From the IMG/VR virus record IMGVR_UViG_3300005253_000004, positions 55,471 to 119,470 of that record: a stretch of DNA of 64,000 nucleotides; one strand, written 5' to 3'. The notes beneath the pieces are model-generated. The model was not told where the DNA came from, did not search any database, and was given only the letters and a program-made list of their open reading frames with translations. Below are positions 35,209-44,555 of this stretch, one piece after another (within the stretch, counting starts at the first letter, position 1; every line of letters starts with the position of its first letter). The DNA is from a virus. A program made the translations under genes and the position numbers.

Positions 35209-35638
35209 AATGTTGAAGAGGTTTTGGGCTAAGGTTAAACAAGGACCTGGATGCTGGGAGTGGCAGGCTGTCTGTTTTCCCGATGGGTATGGTGCTTTTA
35301 GATTGAAAGGTTCGATGCAAGGTGCTCATCGTGTGTCTTATGCGATGGGGCATGATATTCCCAAAGGTATGTGTGTCTTACATACCTGCGATAACAGACT
35401 ATGCGTAAGGCCCTCACATTTGTTCTTAGGAACAAAAGCCGACAACATGGCTGACAGAGACGCCAAAGGGCGGCAAGCAAGAGGGGTTCATAACGGAAAA
35501 GCAAAGCTTACTGAAGCACAAGTGAGAAGTATCCGCTCTGATCTTAGATCGCTGCGTGTGATAGCCGAAGATTATGAGGTGTTTCATACCACAATAGGAT
35601 GCATTAAACGACGTGAAACCTGGAAGCACGTCAACTGA
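35198..35638 (+). CDS. HNH homing endonuclease (paralog of 6050-6505)
   Basis: CWEW, AHRVSY, HTCDNRLCVRPSHLFLGT, AKLTE. Confidence 0.9.
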   Translation: MLNKMLKRFWAKVKQGPGCWEWQAVCFPDGYGAFRLKGSMQGAHRVSYAMGHDIPKGMCVLHTCDNRLCVRPSHLFLGTKADNMADRDAKGRQARGVHNGKAKLTEAQVRSIRSDLRSLRVIAEDYEVFHTTIGCIKRRETWKHVN

Positions 35639-35668
35639 AAGAGGCTGTTGTTGACAAGGAGATCAAAG

Positions 35669-36415
35669 ATGATGGGTAATTTGTTTAAGAAAGAACTGAC
35701 GAAAATGGCAGAGGACCAAACCTTTAATGTCGCCGCACCCGGTGCCTACTACACCTCCACAGGGAACGACCCGAACAGGAGTCACGGTGCTGTGGTCGCC
35801 AACATCCATACCAAGCACGGAAAAGGCTTCTGGTCTCATATCCAGATCCATGCAGATGATTTCATTCAATATAAGCTGTTTAACGGGGTACGTCTCGGGA
35901 TGCTTCTATACAAACTAAAGCTCCATGAGCCTCGGGATGAAGAAGGTTTACGCCCTGACTGGCACTACATCAAGAATCAAGAGAATGCTAACGCGAAGCT
36001 GGAGGCTACTCTTGGGAAGACCTTCCTAGCAATTGATGAAGATATCTCCGAATGGGCTGCTAAGGAGCAAGAAGGCAAAGGCCATAGAAAATTCATCAAA
36101 AGCATCGCCAAAACGGATCCGGAGAACCTGAAGATGATCGCTGGACTGAAGGACCTCCACGATGGGATGGAGGCCCCGTTGGGGGACCACAACCCGGAGA
36201 ATTCCCAGCCTATGTCGAGCGGCACTGTCCCGACTATTACTGGACCGGTTTCCGCCGGAGTGGTCTATAACTACCAGCCACAGCCCGCTGGGTTATCCGT
36301 GGGATCAGAAACTCTTATCTCGGTAGACCCTGAGAGTAACGTCACGCTCGGCGACGGTATGAAGAAAGCTATCAGGGACGTGCTAGACGAACCTGAGACT
36401 GGCAAGGCTCCATAA
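35669..36415 (+). CDS. hypothetical protein
   Basis: 248-aa ORF after AAGGAG. Confidence 0.7.
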   Translation: MMGNLFKKELTKMAEDQTFNVAAPGAYYTSTGNDPNRSHGAVVANIHTKHGKGFWSHIQIHADDFIQYKLFNGVRLGMLLYKLKLHEPRDEEGLRPDWHYIKNQENANAKLEATLGKTFLAIDEDISEWAAKEQEGKGHRKFIKSIAKTDPENLKMIAGLKDLHDGMEAPLGDHNPENSQPMSSGTVPTITGPVSAGVVYNYQPQPAGLSVGSETLISVDPESNVTLGDGMKKAIRDVLDEPETGKAP

Positions 36416-36525
36416 AGGGGCCCGAAGGGCGCGCCCTGCGTAAAGGGTGCAGTGCGAAGATGGAGTCGCTACCCCATCTTAGGACCGTAAGACCTCCTTG
36501 GCTATTGGTACGCTGGGGAGGTTTC

Positions 36526-36554
36526 TGGCATTTAAGGTAGAAAATTCCTATAAT
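36526..36554 (+). promoter_or_regulatory. class B promoter
   Basis: TGGCAT-17-TATAAT within TTCCTATAATTAGG. Confidence 0.65.
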
Positions 36555-36571
36555 TAGGTAGGAGGGTTGTT

Positions 36572-36919
36572 ATGAGTAAGACCAGTAAAATCGCTGTTTT
36601 AGATGAACGAAATGCCGAAGTGCTTGTAGAGCTTATTTGCGGTCCAAACATTAGCGAGACACTGAGAATTCAAGCTATGTCTAAGTTGACCGAATCTAAT
36701 AAAGACGACACGTTTTTTACCACCATGTTCAAAGAGAAATTGGATTGGGGGAAATGCCCCCACTGCAGCCATGAAAACTTCTGGCTGACGCCCGAAGACC
36801 AAAGCAATCAGATGGGCTGGGTGAGCCACAAAGAAGACAAGCGAGTGCCTGAAAATACGGATGCAAAGTCGTGTCCTCTTTACGAACAAGCTTGCAAAAA
36901 GAAGCGGATAGTAACGTGA
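36572..36919 (+). CDS. hypothetical Zn-binding protein
   Basis: CPHC...CPLYEQAC. Confidence 0.65.
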   Translation: MSKTSKIAVLDERNAEVLVELICGPNISETLRIQAMSKLTESNKDDTFFTTMFKEKLDWGKCPHCSHENFWLTPEDQSNQMGWVSHKEDKRVPENTDAKSCPLYEQACKKKRIVT

Positions 36920-37491
36920 AATCTGCTTCTCAAAAACAGAGAGAGTATGCTGAGCGGCACCCTGAGAGAATAAAAGAGTATCGTAAACAATGGATAGAAT
37001 CAGGTCGTTCTGCGGAATATCAGCGGCGGTGGAAGAAACAGAACCCTGAGAGTCACAAAAAGAACATGGATCGTTATAACGGTTCAGAGAAATCTAAGGC
37101 GTGTCAGAAAAGATACAACGATAATAATAAAGAAAAACGTAGAGCAGTAGGTCGACGCTGGTACCAGAAAAACAAAGAAAAAGCTAAGGCTCGTTCTGCT
37201 ACTTATTTCAAGACACCAAAAGGCAGATTGGTGAAACGGGCATGTGATAACAAACGTAGAGGAGCAGGAGGCACCTTCACAGCCGAGGACATCAAAGATT
37301 TATACGCGACCCAGGGAGGTCGCTGTTACTACTGTAGTGTTGAGATAGAAAGTGGGTACCACATCGAACATATGACTCCTTTGAGCAGAGGGGGAAGAAA
37401 CGATGTGTCTAATATCTGTCTAGCTTGTGCGCCTTGCAACTTGCAGAAGCACACAAAGACGGCAGAAGAGTTCAAAGGAGAACAGAAATGA
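36916..37491 (+). CDS. HNH endonuclease with basic repeat N-terminus
   Basis: CYYC...HIEHMTPLSRGGRNDVSNICLACAPCNLQK. Confidence 0.88.
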   Translation: MKSASQKQREYAERHPERIKEYRKQWIESGRSAEYQRRWKKQNPESHKKNMDRYNGSEKSKACQKRYNDNNKEKRRAVGRRWYQKNKEKAKARSATYFKTPKGRLVKRACDNKRRGAGGTFTAEDIKDLYATQGGRCYYCSVEIESGYHIEHMTPLSRGGRNDVSNICLACAPCNLQKHTKTAEEFKGEQK

Positions 37492-37694
37492 AGAAAGGAT
37501 TTCTCGCAGGATTGGTAGTGCTGGTGTTTGCGCTTGGGGGTTGTGGGACCCTCAGTTTTGGTCAGTTGGGTAGCGCCTTCTCGAAAGTAGGCGATGTGCT
37601 GTCTGATGAGTGCGCAGATGTTCCTACAAGCGAGGTTAAAAACTGCCTTGCGGCCCTCAAGGACAAGGTGACAGAAGACGAAGCGGTAGAGTAA
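37488..37694 (+). CDS. small lipoprotein
   Basis: signal peptide with lipobox LGGC. Confidence 0.7.
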   Translation: MKKGFLAGLVVLVFALGGCGTLSFGQLGSAFSKVGDVLSDECADVPTSEVKNCLAALKDKVTEDEAVE

Positions 37695-37695
37695 C

Positions 37696-38073
37696 ATGCT
37701 CGCAGAGCTAAGTATAGGCATAGCCTTAGGGTGCTTGGTCCATATGCCTAACTTCTGCTTAAAGGATGACGTGCGTATTAATGGTGCTCACCTTGACCCA
37801 GTGATGGTTCGGATCATCGATGTGGCCCGTGAAACAGCACCAATGTTGGAGAAGGGTACTGTCTGGATCACCAGCGCGAACGATAGCGAACATATGGAAG
37901 GTTCATTACATTTTAAGAATCGAGCCTTTGATATTCGGATTAAGAATATTATCGGTGATGTTAAACACGAAGCAAGGTTATGGGCTGAGCGTATGCAGGT
38001 TTTATTGGGTGATAACTACGATGTACTACTGGAAAAGACCCACCTACATATTGAGTGGGACCCCAAGGAGTAA
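37696..38073 (+). CDS. peptidase M15-family (D,D/L,D-peptidase fold) putative endolysin
   Basis: ITS..D, SLH...AFD, HLHIE zinc motifs. Confidence 0.8.
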   Translation: MLAELSIGIALGCLVHMPNFCLKDDVRINGAHLDPVMVRIIDVARETAPMLEKGTVWITSANDSEHMEGSLHFKNRAFDIRIKNIIGDVKHEARLWAERMQVLLGDNYDVLLEKTHLHIEWDPKE

Positions 38074-38075
38074 CA

Positions 38076-38333
38076 ATGGTAAACGGAAATGGGTGGGTAA
38101 AACCGGTATTGATTGGGGTCGCTGTTCTTGTCTTAGCTTCGGCCGTTATTGGTAGTACTACGAATACGATTGCCAACTCGATAGGTCGGCGTGGGTTAGA
38201 AGTCGAAGTCAGCGCCATCAAAGAAGATGTTGACGAACAGAAAGAAGCAGTCAGAAGCATCCCTGTGATGGCTTCGCAGATTAAGGACATTAAAGCTGAC
38301 GTTGGTAAGATCTTGGAGGAGCTAAGAAAATGA
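38076..38333 (+). CDS. single-TM coiled-coil protein (holin/spanin-like)
   Basis: N-terminal TM next to the peptidase gene. Confidence 0.5.
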   Translation: MVNGNGWVKPVLIGVAVLVLASAVIGSTTNTIANSIGRRGLEVEVSAIKEDVDEQKEAVRSIPVMASQIKDIKADVGKILEELRK

Positions 38334-39136
38334 ACGAACTGGAACTCACACAGAAGCTCCGAGAAAAGTACGTAGGAGACCTACCGAAGGCACACAAAGA
38401 GCGGAGTGTTGAGGATGCGCTGCAGGAGGCGCTAGACAACACCACCCCAGAGCGCGCAGGGGCACCGAATCAAAGCCACTATGCGTTTGAAGGTGATGAC
38501 GAACTGGAGTGGATTTAATGATAAAAGAACAAGACGAAGACCGAATCTCAAAAGGATTACTCGGAACGGCTGCGAACGCCTACGAACCCTCGTACAACAC
38601 TCTGTCTAACCCTTACAACACACAAGCTACGCGGGATGTGTCAGCAGGCAAGAGCGGCATCGTAGGGAATGCTAAAGCTGGTGACAAGGTGTACAACCCC
38701 GATACTGCTGTTCGGAAGAAGATCTCGCAGAAGATAAAACAACGTCATAAGAGATTCGTCAAGGAGCAAAAACGTGGCTAACACGAAGGCTAGGGTTAAG
38801 GCGTTGTTGAGAGGGCCTACCGCTATAGGGTCTACTTCTAGCAACCTATTCACGAACGCCACTACAATGCAAGGTACCCTTTTAAGAGGGAGAAGCGCAA
38901 ACACCGGTGGATACTCTAAAAGTAAACAGACTGACCCGTGGAGCCTCGCAGCCCCAAGAAAAAGAGAAACAAGCGGCTATTCTTCTCCATATACAAACGA
39001 ATTCGATTACACAGAGAACCGTGCGCGTGAAGCAGAGCGAATTAAGAATACACCTGCAACTACCACTGAGGAATTTCTGAAACAGAAGAAAAAGAAGACG
39101 GTTTTGAGTAAGCTGAATACGAATACAAAACCGTAG
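38330..39136 (+). CDS. three short hypothetical ORFs (38330-38518, 38509-38781, 38774-39136)
   Basis: overlapping starts/stops in the late operon. Confidence 0.55.
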
Positions 39137-39151
39137 CATGGCGAGGGAGAT

Positions 39152-41305
39152 ATGCCGAACAAGAGTACGACAAAGAACGCTCCGCGTAAGAAGGCGAAGC
39201 TAAAAGCATCTGAGAAGAAGTTCGCGGAGCTGATGGTCCTCGATAAGATGGGGTGCATCGAAGCCGCACGCTTGGCGTTCGGGTGGCCTTGCGAGCCTAA
39301 GTCGTCCACTGCACAGAAAGCCGTTAATCTTAACCGCGCCCAGCGGATCATCAAATACAAATTCCAAATAGCCCAGAAGCTTGACCAAGAAGTCACTGCT
39401 CAGCAGGTGTTGTCTGATACGTCGAATATTGAGTTCGACAGCCTGCGGCAGTTCATTTACCGCCGCCTGGAGGGTATCCGAGACGACCCCAACGCCCATG
39501 GGAACAGCCGCTTCAAGGCTATCGCCGCTCTGGAGAAGATGGTAGACCCTAGTGCAGATGTGAACCTCATCCTCATGTGGGTGGACATGATGTGGCGGGC
39601 TTCCATGGCGCACTGCCCTTGCTGCCACAAGACCTTTCCTTTGCGACATATCAAGAACGAGAAACTCAACAAGTTTCGTGAAGACGTGGACTTGGCTCCA
39701 GACGAAGAGGCGGAGACTCTGCTTGACCGCCGCATGACCATCCTAACTAGAGCTGATAACCGGAAGAAGCCACACCCCGGACAGATTATAGCACTCAACG
39801 CTCCAGAGCGCAACATCGCGGGCCTCGGGCCTGCGAGGTGTGGCAAATCGCTATTGCTCGCTATGTTCGCCTTGTTGGCGTTCTTGATCCCTGGCGTGGA
39901 GGTGTGGATCCTGGCCCGTATCTATGCTGATGCCGCTTCTGAGGTGGAATACCTCGACAAGTTCTTGAACACCCTGTTCTTTCCGTACACAAAACACATT
40001 ATCACCCGCAGGTACGATAGCAAGACCGAGGAGCTGACCCTTGAATCTAAGTGGGGCTCCGTGCTGAAGATCAAATCAGCTAAAGCCAAGGGATCCATCT
40101 CTGGTAGGGAACTGGAGCTAGCGTTGGTCGCTGAGCCCGGTTGGGTACCAGATGACATATATAATCACCTCCGAGCGCGGATGACGTCCCGGTTGGGCAG
40201 GACGCTGCTCTTCGGTACTCCGCAGGGTTTCGGCGGGATCCTTGGCAGGTTCACACAGATGACCGGGAAAGACGGGCAAGGGCGAGCACGGCGGATACCT
40301 ACCAACGAGCGTACTATTGAAGCAGGGTGCCCTTGGAACATCTCTCTTCTCAAGTACAGTATGGATCCTACAGAGAACCCTGAGTACGTCGCTTCTGAGC
40401 TGGCGGCGGCACGGCAGGAATTAACGGAGTCGGAGTTCGCCTCGGAGTTTGAAGGGTTGATGGCGTCTGCGGAAGGTGCGATCTTCGCTCAGCTTCAAGA
40501 ACGCCATATGACAGTGATACCCCGTGACCTTTATGAGAGGTGTGCGTGGGTCCTGGGGATTGATCAAGGCCCGAAGAACTTCGCTGCGTGTCTCTTAGGG
40601 TTTGATGGTCGGACAGTGGTCGCTGCGAACGAGTACTTCGACAACGACCCCCGTACCATGAAGTCGAAGATGGACATCGTCCGTGACCTAGTCCCTAACT
40701 GGATCCGGAAAGCCGGTGGTGACCCCAACCGCTGGGTGTTGACCATCTTCGACTGCGACCCCCCTATCCTGAATGAGCTAGATGAGTTCGAAGAAGATAA
40801 GCGGGAGTGGCCTACAGACGTGACGTTCCGGGTCAAGGACAAGAAGGGCCGTTGGAACCAGGAGAACTGGCGGCGTGAAACCTACGAGTACCTCAATTCT
40901 CTGGCTCAGCCTACACACCCTCACATCTACTTTGATGACTTGAACTGTGACTACCTCCACGACCAGCTTCTACGTGCCCAGACATCTAAGACCGATGAAG
41001 GGAAAGGCTGGGTTATCAAGGATCCAGTGCGTGGAGACCACGTACCTGATGCTTTCATCATGGCGTTGTTCACAATTCTTTCGGGCCAGTTCACGATGCC
41101 AGACAGGAAATTTGACACTGGTGATCCCTATGCTGAAGCGAAGAGAGCATTCGAGTTTTCGCTTAGGGAGGCCGAGAACAAGGAGCTTTCTGGATTTACT
41201 GAAAAAAGGCCTACCTCAGACGAGAACTTCAAAGACGTGTTTGGAAGACCCCGGAAAGGCGGGGGGTCGCGCTCCAAGAAGCATTGGAACTACAAGGATT
41301 ATTGA
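39152..41305 (+). CDS. terL: terminase large subunit with N-terminal TerS-like domain
   Basis: HPGQ, Walker A GPARCGKS, FGTP, ENP, RNase H GIDQG/FDCD/DHVPDA; N-terminal EKKFAE..EAARLA HTH. Confidence 0.85.
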   Translation: MPNKSTTKNAPRKKAKLKASEKKFAELMVLDKMGCIEAARLAFGWPCEPKSSTAQKAVNLNRAQRIIKYKFQIAQKLDQEVTAQQVLSDTSNIEFDSLRQFIYRRLEGIRDDPNAHGNSRFKAIAALEKMVDPSADVNLILMWVDMMWRASMAHCPCCHKTFPLRHIKNEKLNKFREDVDLAPDEEAETLLDRRMTILTRADNRKKPHPGQIIALNAPERNIAGLGPARCGKSLLLAMFALLAFLIPGVEVWILARIYADAASEVEYLDKFLNTLFFPYTKHIITRRYDSKTEELTLESKWGSVLKIKSAKAKGSISGRELELALVAEPGWVPDDIYNHLRARMTSRLGRTLLFGTPQGFGGILGRFTQMTGKDGQGRARRIPTNERTIEAGCPWNISLLKYSMDPTENPEYVASELAAARQELTESEFASEFEGLMASAEGAIFAQLQERHMTVIPRDLYERCAWVLGIDQGPKNFAACLLGFDGRTVVAANEYFDNDPRTMKSKMDIVRDLVPNWIRKAGGDPNRWVLTIFDCDPPILNELDEFEEDKREWPTDVTFRVKDKKGRWNQENWRRETYEYLNSLAQPTHPHIYFDDLNCDYLHDQLLRAQTSKTDEGKGWVIKDPVRGDHVPDAFIMALFTILSGQFTMPDRKFDTGDPYAEAKRAFEFSLREAENKELSGFTEKRPTSDENFKDVFGRPRKGGGSRSKKHWNYKDY

Positions 41306-41829
41306 TGGCGTGGAATAAGAGAAAGGAAGGACGCCCTAAAAGAAGGGAGTTTGGTGGAGGCTCAATCAACCGAACTGTATACGATTACATCTTAGAGGTA
41401 CTCCCTGAAAATAAGACGATATTAGAACTGGGTAGTGGGTGGGGTTCTGGAGAGTTGATGCAGCACTGGAATTTGTACTCCATAGAGCACAAAGAGGCTT
41501 GGTTCAAACTTTACAACCCACAGTCTTTTTTAGTCCCGGTTACACATGAACTAGGATGGTATGATATTGAGATACTGAAGGAAGCGCTATCGGGGTTGAA
41601 GTATGATCTACTTTTGATAGACGGTCCTCATTATGGAAGAGAACACTTCCCTGCTAACCTAGACTTGTTTGATACAACTGTACTTATGATTTTCGATGAT
41701 GTGAATCGTAGTGTAGGACAAAACGTCATAAAGGAAGTATCTGAGTTAGTGTGTAGACCTTATGTGATCCATTATCCGAATACTAAAGAATCGTTTGGAG
41801 TTATAGAAGGGACACAAACATGCCCGTAA
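41305..41829 (+). CDS. class I SAM methyltransferase
   Basis: ILELGSGWGS, SIEH, LLIDGP, IFDD. Confidence 0.85.
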   Translation: MAWNKRKEGRPKRREFGGGSINRTVYDYILEVLPENKTILELGSGWGSGELMQHWNLYSIEHKEAWFKLYNPQSFLVPVTHELGWYDIEILKEALSGLKYDLLLIDGPHYGREHFPANLDLFDTTVLMIFDDVNRSVGQNVIKEVSELVCRPYVIHYPNTKESFGVIEGTQTCP

Positions 41830-42107
41830 CGGCGTTCGAGAAGAATATTGTTAAGTCTTGTGAGATGAGAACTATTTGTGAGGTGCTTCGTGAAATCTAT
41901 TGGCACACAGAGGATTCTGTTGTTCGTGAGAAAGTCTTAGAAGCTACTGTCATGGCTAAGAAGATGGATGGGAGACTAAGGAAGTACAAGAAGCACTGGG
42001 ACAAACAGGGTATGTGGGAACCTAATGAGGGTGCTGAAGGGAAACTGAAGCAAAGACAAGAACAGTATGAAAGGGAGAAACCTGATGGCGAAAAGCGAAT
42101 GCCTTGA
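41820..42107 (+). CDS. hypothetical protein
   Basis: RTICEVLREI...MAKKMDGRLRKYK. Confidence 0.6.
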   Translation: MPVTAFEKNIVKSCEMRTICEVLREIYWHTEDSVVREKVLEATVMAKKMDGRLRKYKKHWDKQGMWEPNEGAEGKLKQRQEQYEREKPDGEKRMP

Positions 42108-42633
42108 AGAGCTAGGTTTTGGAGACTGGTCGATTGACAAAGACCTTTATGATTTCATACGAAAGGTCCTACCAGAAGGCAGCACAATACTAGAGTTGGG
42201 CAGCGGGTTCTCTACAGGGGAATTGTCGAAGTACTACACTATGTTCTCTGTGGAGCACGATGTGGCTTTTCTAGATAAATACGACTCCACGTACCTACAC
42301 GCCCCTTTAAAGGAACACAAGAAGCTCAAGAACCACGATAGCACTGAGTGGTATGACGCTAGTATCCTCCATGACTTGTTGAAGGGGTTGAAGTACGATC
42401 TTCTGTTGGTAGACGGTCCTCCCCAAACAAGGTCAGGGTTTGTTAAGTACATCAACTTGTTCGACACTAGCGCCATCTGGGTTTTCGATGACGCTGGTAG
42501 AAGCATTGATAGAGCTGTAGTCAACTCAGCCGCTAGTGTACTAGGGGTTCCGTGGGTGAACTACCGCAGCGAGGCAGGCGGGAAGGTGTATTCAGTGCTC
42601 AACAACCCGCTACTTAGGAGTACTGATGAATAA
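42085..42633 (+). CDS. class I SAM methyltransferase (paralog of 41305)
   Basis: ILELGSGFST, SVEH, LLVDGP, VFDD. Confidence 0.85.
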   Translation: MAKSECLEELGFGDWSIDKDLYDFIRKVLPEGSTILELGSGFSTGELSKYYTMFSVEHDVAFLDKYDSTYLHAPLKEHKKLKNHDSTEWYDASILHDLLKGLKYDLLLVDGPPQTRSGFVKYINLFDTSAIWVFDDAGRSIDRAVVNSAASVLGVPWVNYRSEAGGKVYSVLNNPLLRSTDE

Positions 42634-43366
42634 CTGGATTACGTTTATAGGGGAGGGGAGAAGTGGGCACACAATTGTTTCTGCTATATTGGATTCGCAC
42701 CCTAATGTCCGTTTGGCAGAGGAGCAGAAGCTCATCACTAAGTGGACACGGGATGGGTGGTCACGGGAGAAAATCATCGACGCCGTCAAGAACTGCGGGC
42801 ATGGGAAAGAGCGTAAACCGAAGGCTCTACCAGGGTCGCTGACGTGGGAAGAACCGCTGCTGGCGATAGGAGACAAGTGCGGCTGGGACGCTGTGAACCT
42901 CACTAGAAAGCACGGAGAGAGTATTGACGTTTTAGATAGGTTCAGCGAACACATGTTGATGCCAGTTAAGTTGATCCACACGATCCGGAATCCGTATGAC
43001 AACATCACCGCTTACCTCGACAGCCCCAAGTCCAACCGGATTTGGCGGGATGAGGATACGCTGCATCGTATGTGCATTCGGCGATACGCGAGGTTCTACA
43101 GCACAGCGATTAAGCTATTGGAAATTTACCCCAGGTTTGATCTCTACAACGAGGAGTTGATCAAGAATCCAGAGCGTACGTTGACAAAACTGTGTGCGTT
43201 TCTTGACCTCCCTGTTGTGGAGCCTTGGCTGACCAACGCAGCGAATGCTGTGTACAAGAAGCCGAATGAAAGATCTAAGCGTCGAGTATGGCCTGCTGCA
43301 TGGGAAGAGCAGATGCCATGGCGCATCATAGGGAAGTATGCTTTCTTTGAGAGGTACACAAAATGA
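42626..43366 (+). CDS. sulfotransferase
   Basis: GEGRSGHT 5'-PSB loop, LDSHP, IRNPYD, LCAFL. Confidence 0.85.
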   Translation: MNNWITFIGEGRSGHTIVSAILDSHPNVRLAEEQKLITKWTRDGWSREKIIDAVKNCGHGKERKPKALPGSLTWEEPLLAIGDKCGWDAVNLTRKHGESIDVLDRFSEHMLMPVKLIHTIRNPYDNITAYLDSPKSNRIWRDEDTLHRMCIRRYARFYSTAIKLLEIYPRFDLYNEELIKNPERTLTKLCAFLDLPVVEPWLTNAANAVYKKPNERSKRRVWPAAWEEQMPWRIIGKYAFFERYTK

Positions 43367-43983
43367 TTAGAGTGCGGGACGACGACGTGCTGCTGAGTTC
43401 TAGCAGCAAGGGAGACGAGTTTACGAAGTTTCAAATGGTGCATAATTGGATCTGTGAGGTGCCTGACCGTCTCATTCATGTACCTACCATTCTAGTGACA
43501 GAGATTCAGGAGTTCCCGAAGTGCATTGAGTACATCCGCGAAGAGGCAGCAGAAGGGCGTATGGCCCCTGAGATACATGGACTGAAGCACCATGACTACG
43601 CGGCTCTCACTTCAGCAGAGATCGTTCTAGAGTTGGATGAGTGCCAGGAGTGGATCTATAAGAACCTTGGTTGCACCCCCCACAAGTTTTACTCACCTTG
43701 GGGCGCTGGAGCGGATGAACGAGGCGCACACATCAAAGGAGCCGCGAAGTCACTGGGTCTTGAGTTAGTGACATGTGAGAGCATCCACAAGATGGACGGA
43801 CGGTATGGGGTAGTCCAGGCTTTGTTGGATGGCAAAGACATTAGCTACCTTGAAGATGATGAGATCTTTCTACATTGGTGGCAGAACGTGACTCGCCTCA
43901 AGAGGATCATAGAGGTCATCAAATTTGGTTCTTGGGAGTCGGCCAGGGCAGCGAACAAGAAGTTGTTCAAGGAGGAGAAATGA
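43363..43983 (+). CDS. polysaccharide deacetylase (CE4/NodB-like)
   Basis: RDDD, HGLKH, PW, LHWW. Confidence 0.75.
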   Translation: MIRVRDDDVLLSSSSKGDEFTKFQMVHNWICEVPDRLIHVPTILVTEIQEFPKCIEYIREEAAEGRMAPEIHGLKHHDYAALTSAEIVLELDECQEWIYKNLGCTPHKFYSPWGAGADERGAHIKGAAKSLGLELVTCESIHKMDGRYGVVQALLDGKDISYLEDDEIFLHWWQNVTRLKRIIEVIKFGSWESARAANKKLFKEEK

Positions 43984-44555
43984 GTTACGAAGAGTATATT
44001 AGAGATTTATTGAATCGAAGGGTCAAATCCTGGCAAGACCGCGCTGCCTACATAAATGCAAAGTGGGGACCGAAGCGCCTAGGTGTTGACAACCCGGGCA
44101 ATAGAGCAGACCGTGCGTTCCTAGAAGAATACGCCGTAGGCTTAGGTGTTGACATTTGCTGTGGTGACTTTCTTTTAGGTGACGAATCCATTGGCGTTGA
44201 CATCCGAAGAACGGTGCTCGGTGCTGACTATCACTACAGCGGGGATGACCTGGCTTTCTCTAAGACAAACGAGTTGGACTACGTTCTTACCAATTACATT
44301 GAGGCTATGCCCAATGTGATTAAAGCACTCAATGAATGGTTCCGTGCTTTGAGAGCAGGTGGTACAATGGCTATCGTTTGTAGAAATGCAGATGTATACC
44401 CAGGACCTGAAGGTGCTCTAAAGAACCGACATAGAGTACACACTTTCAGTAAGGTGACGTTGTCTCATTATTTAGGCCGGGTTGGGTTCGAAGATATTAA
44501 CATAAAGGAGACAGAACACCAAACGCTGCATGTGACAGCAAAGAAGCCAACATGA
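43980..44555 (+). CDS. class I SAM methyltransferase
   Basis: VDICCG, GVD, EWFRALRAGG. Confidence 0.8.
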   Translation: MSYEEYIRDLLNRRVKSWQDRAAYINAKWGPKRLGVDNPGNRADRAFLEEYAVGLGVDICCGDFLLGDESIGVDIRRTVLGADYHYSGDDLAFSKTNELDYVLTNYIEAMPNVIKALNEWFRALRAGGTMAIVCRNADVYPGPEGALKNRHRVHTFSKVTLSHYLGRVGFEDINIKETEHQTLHVTAKKPT

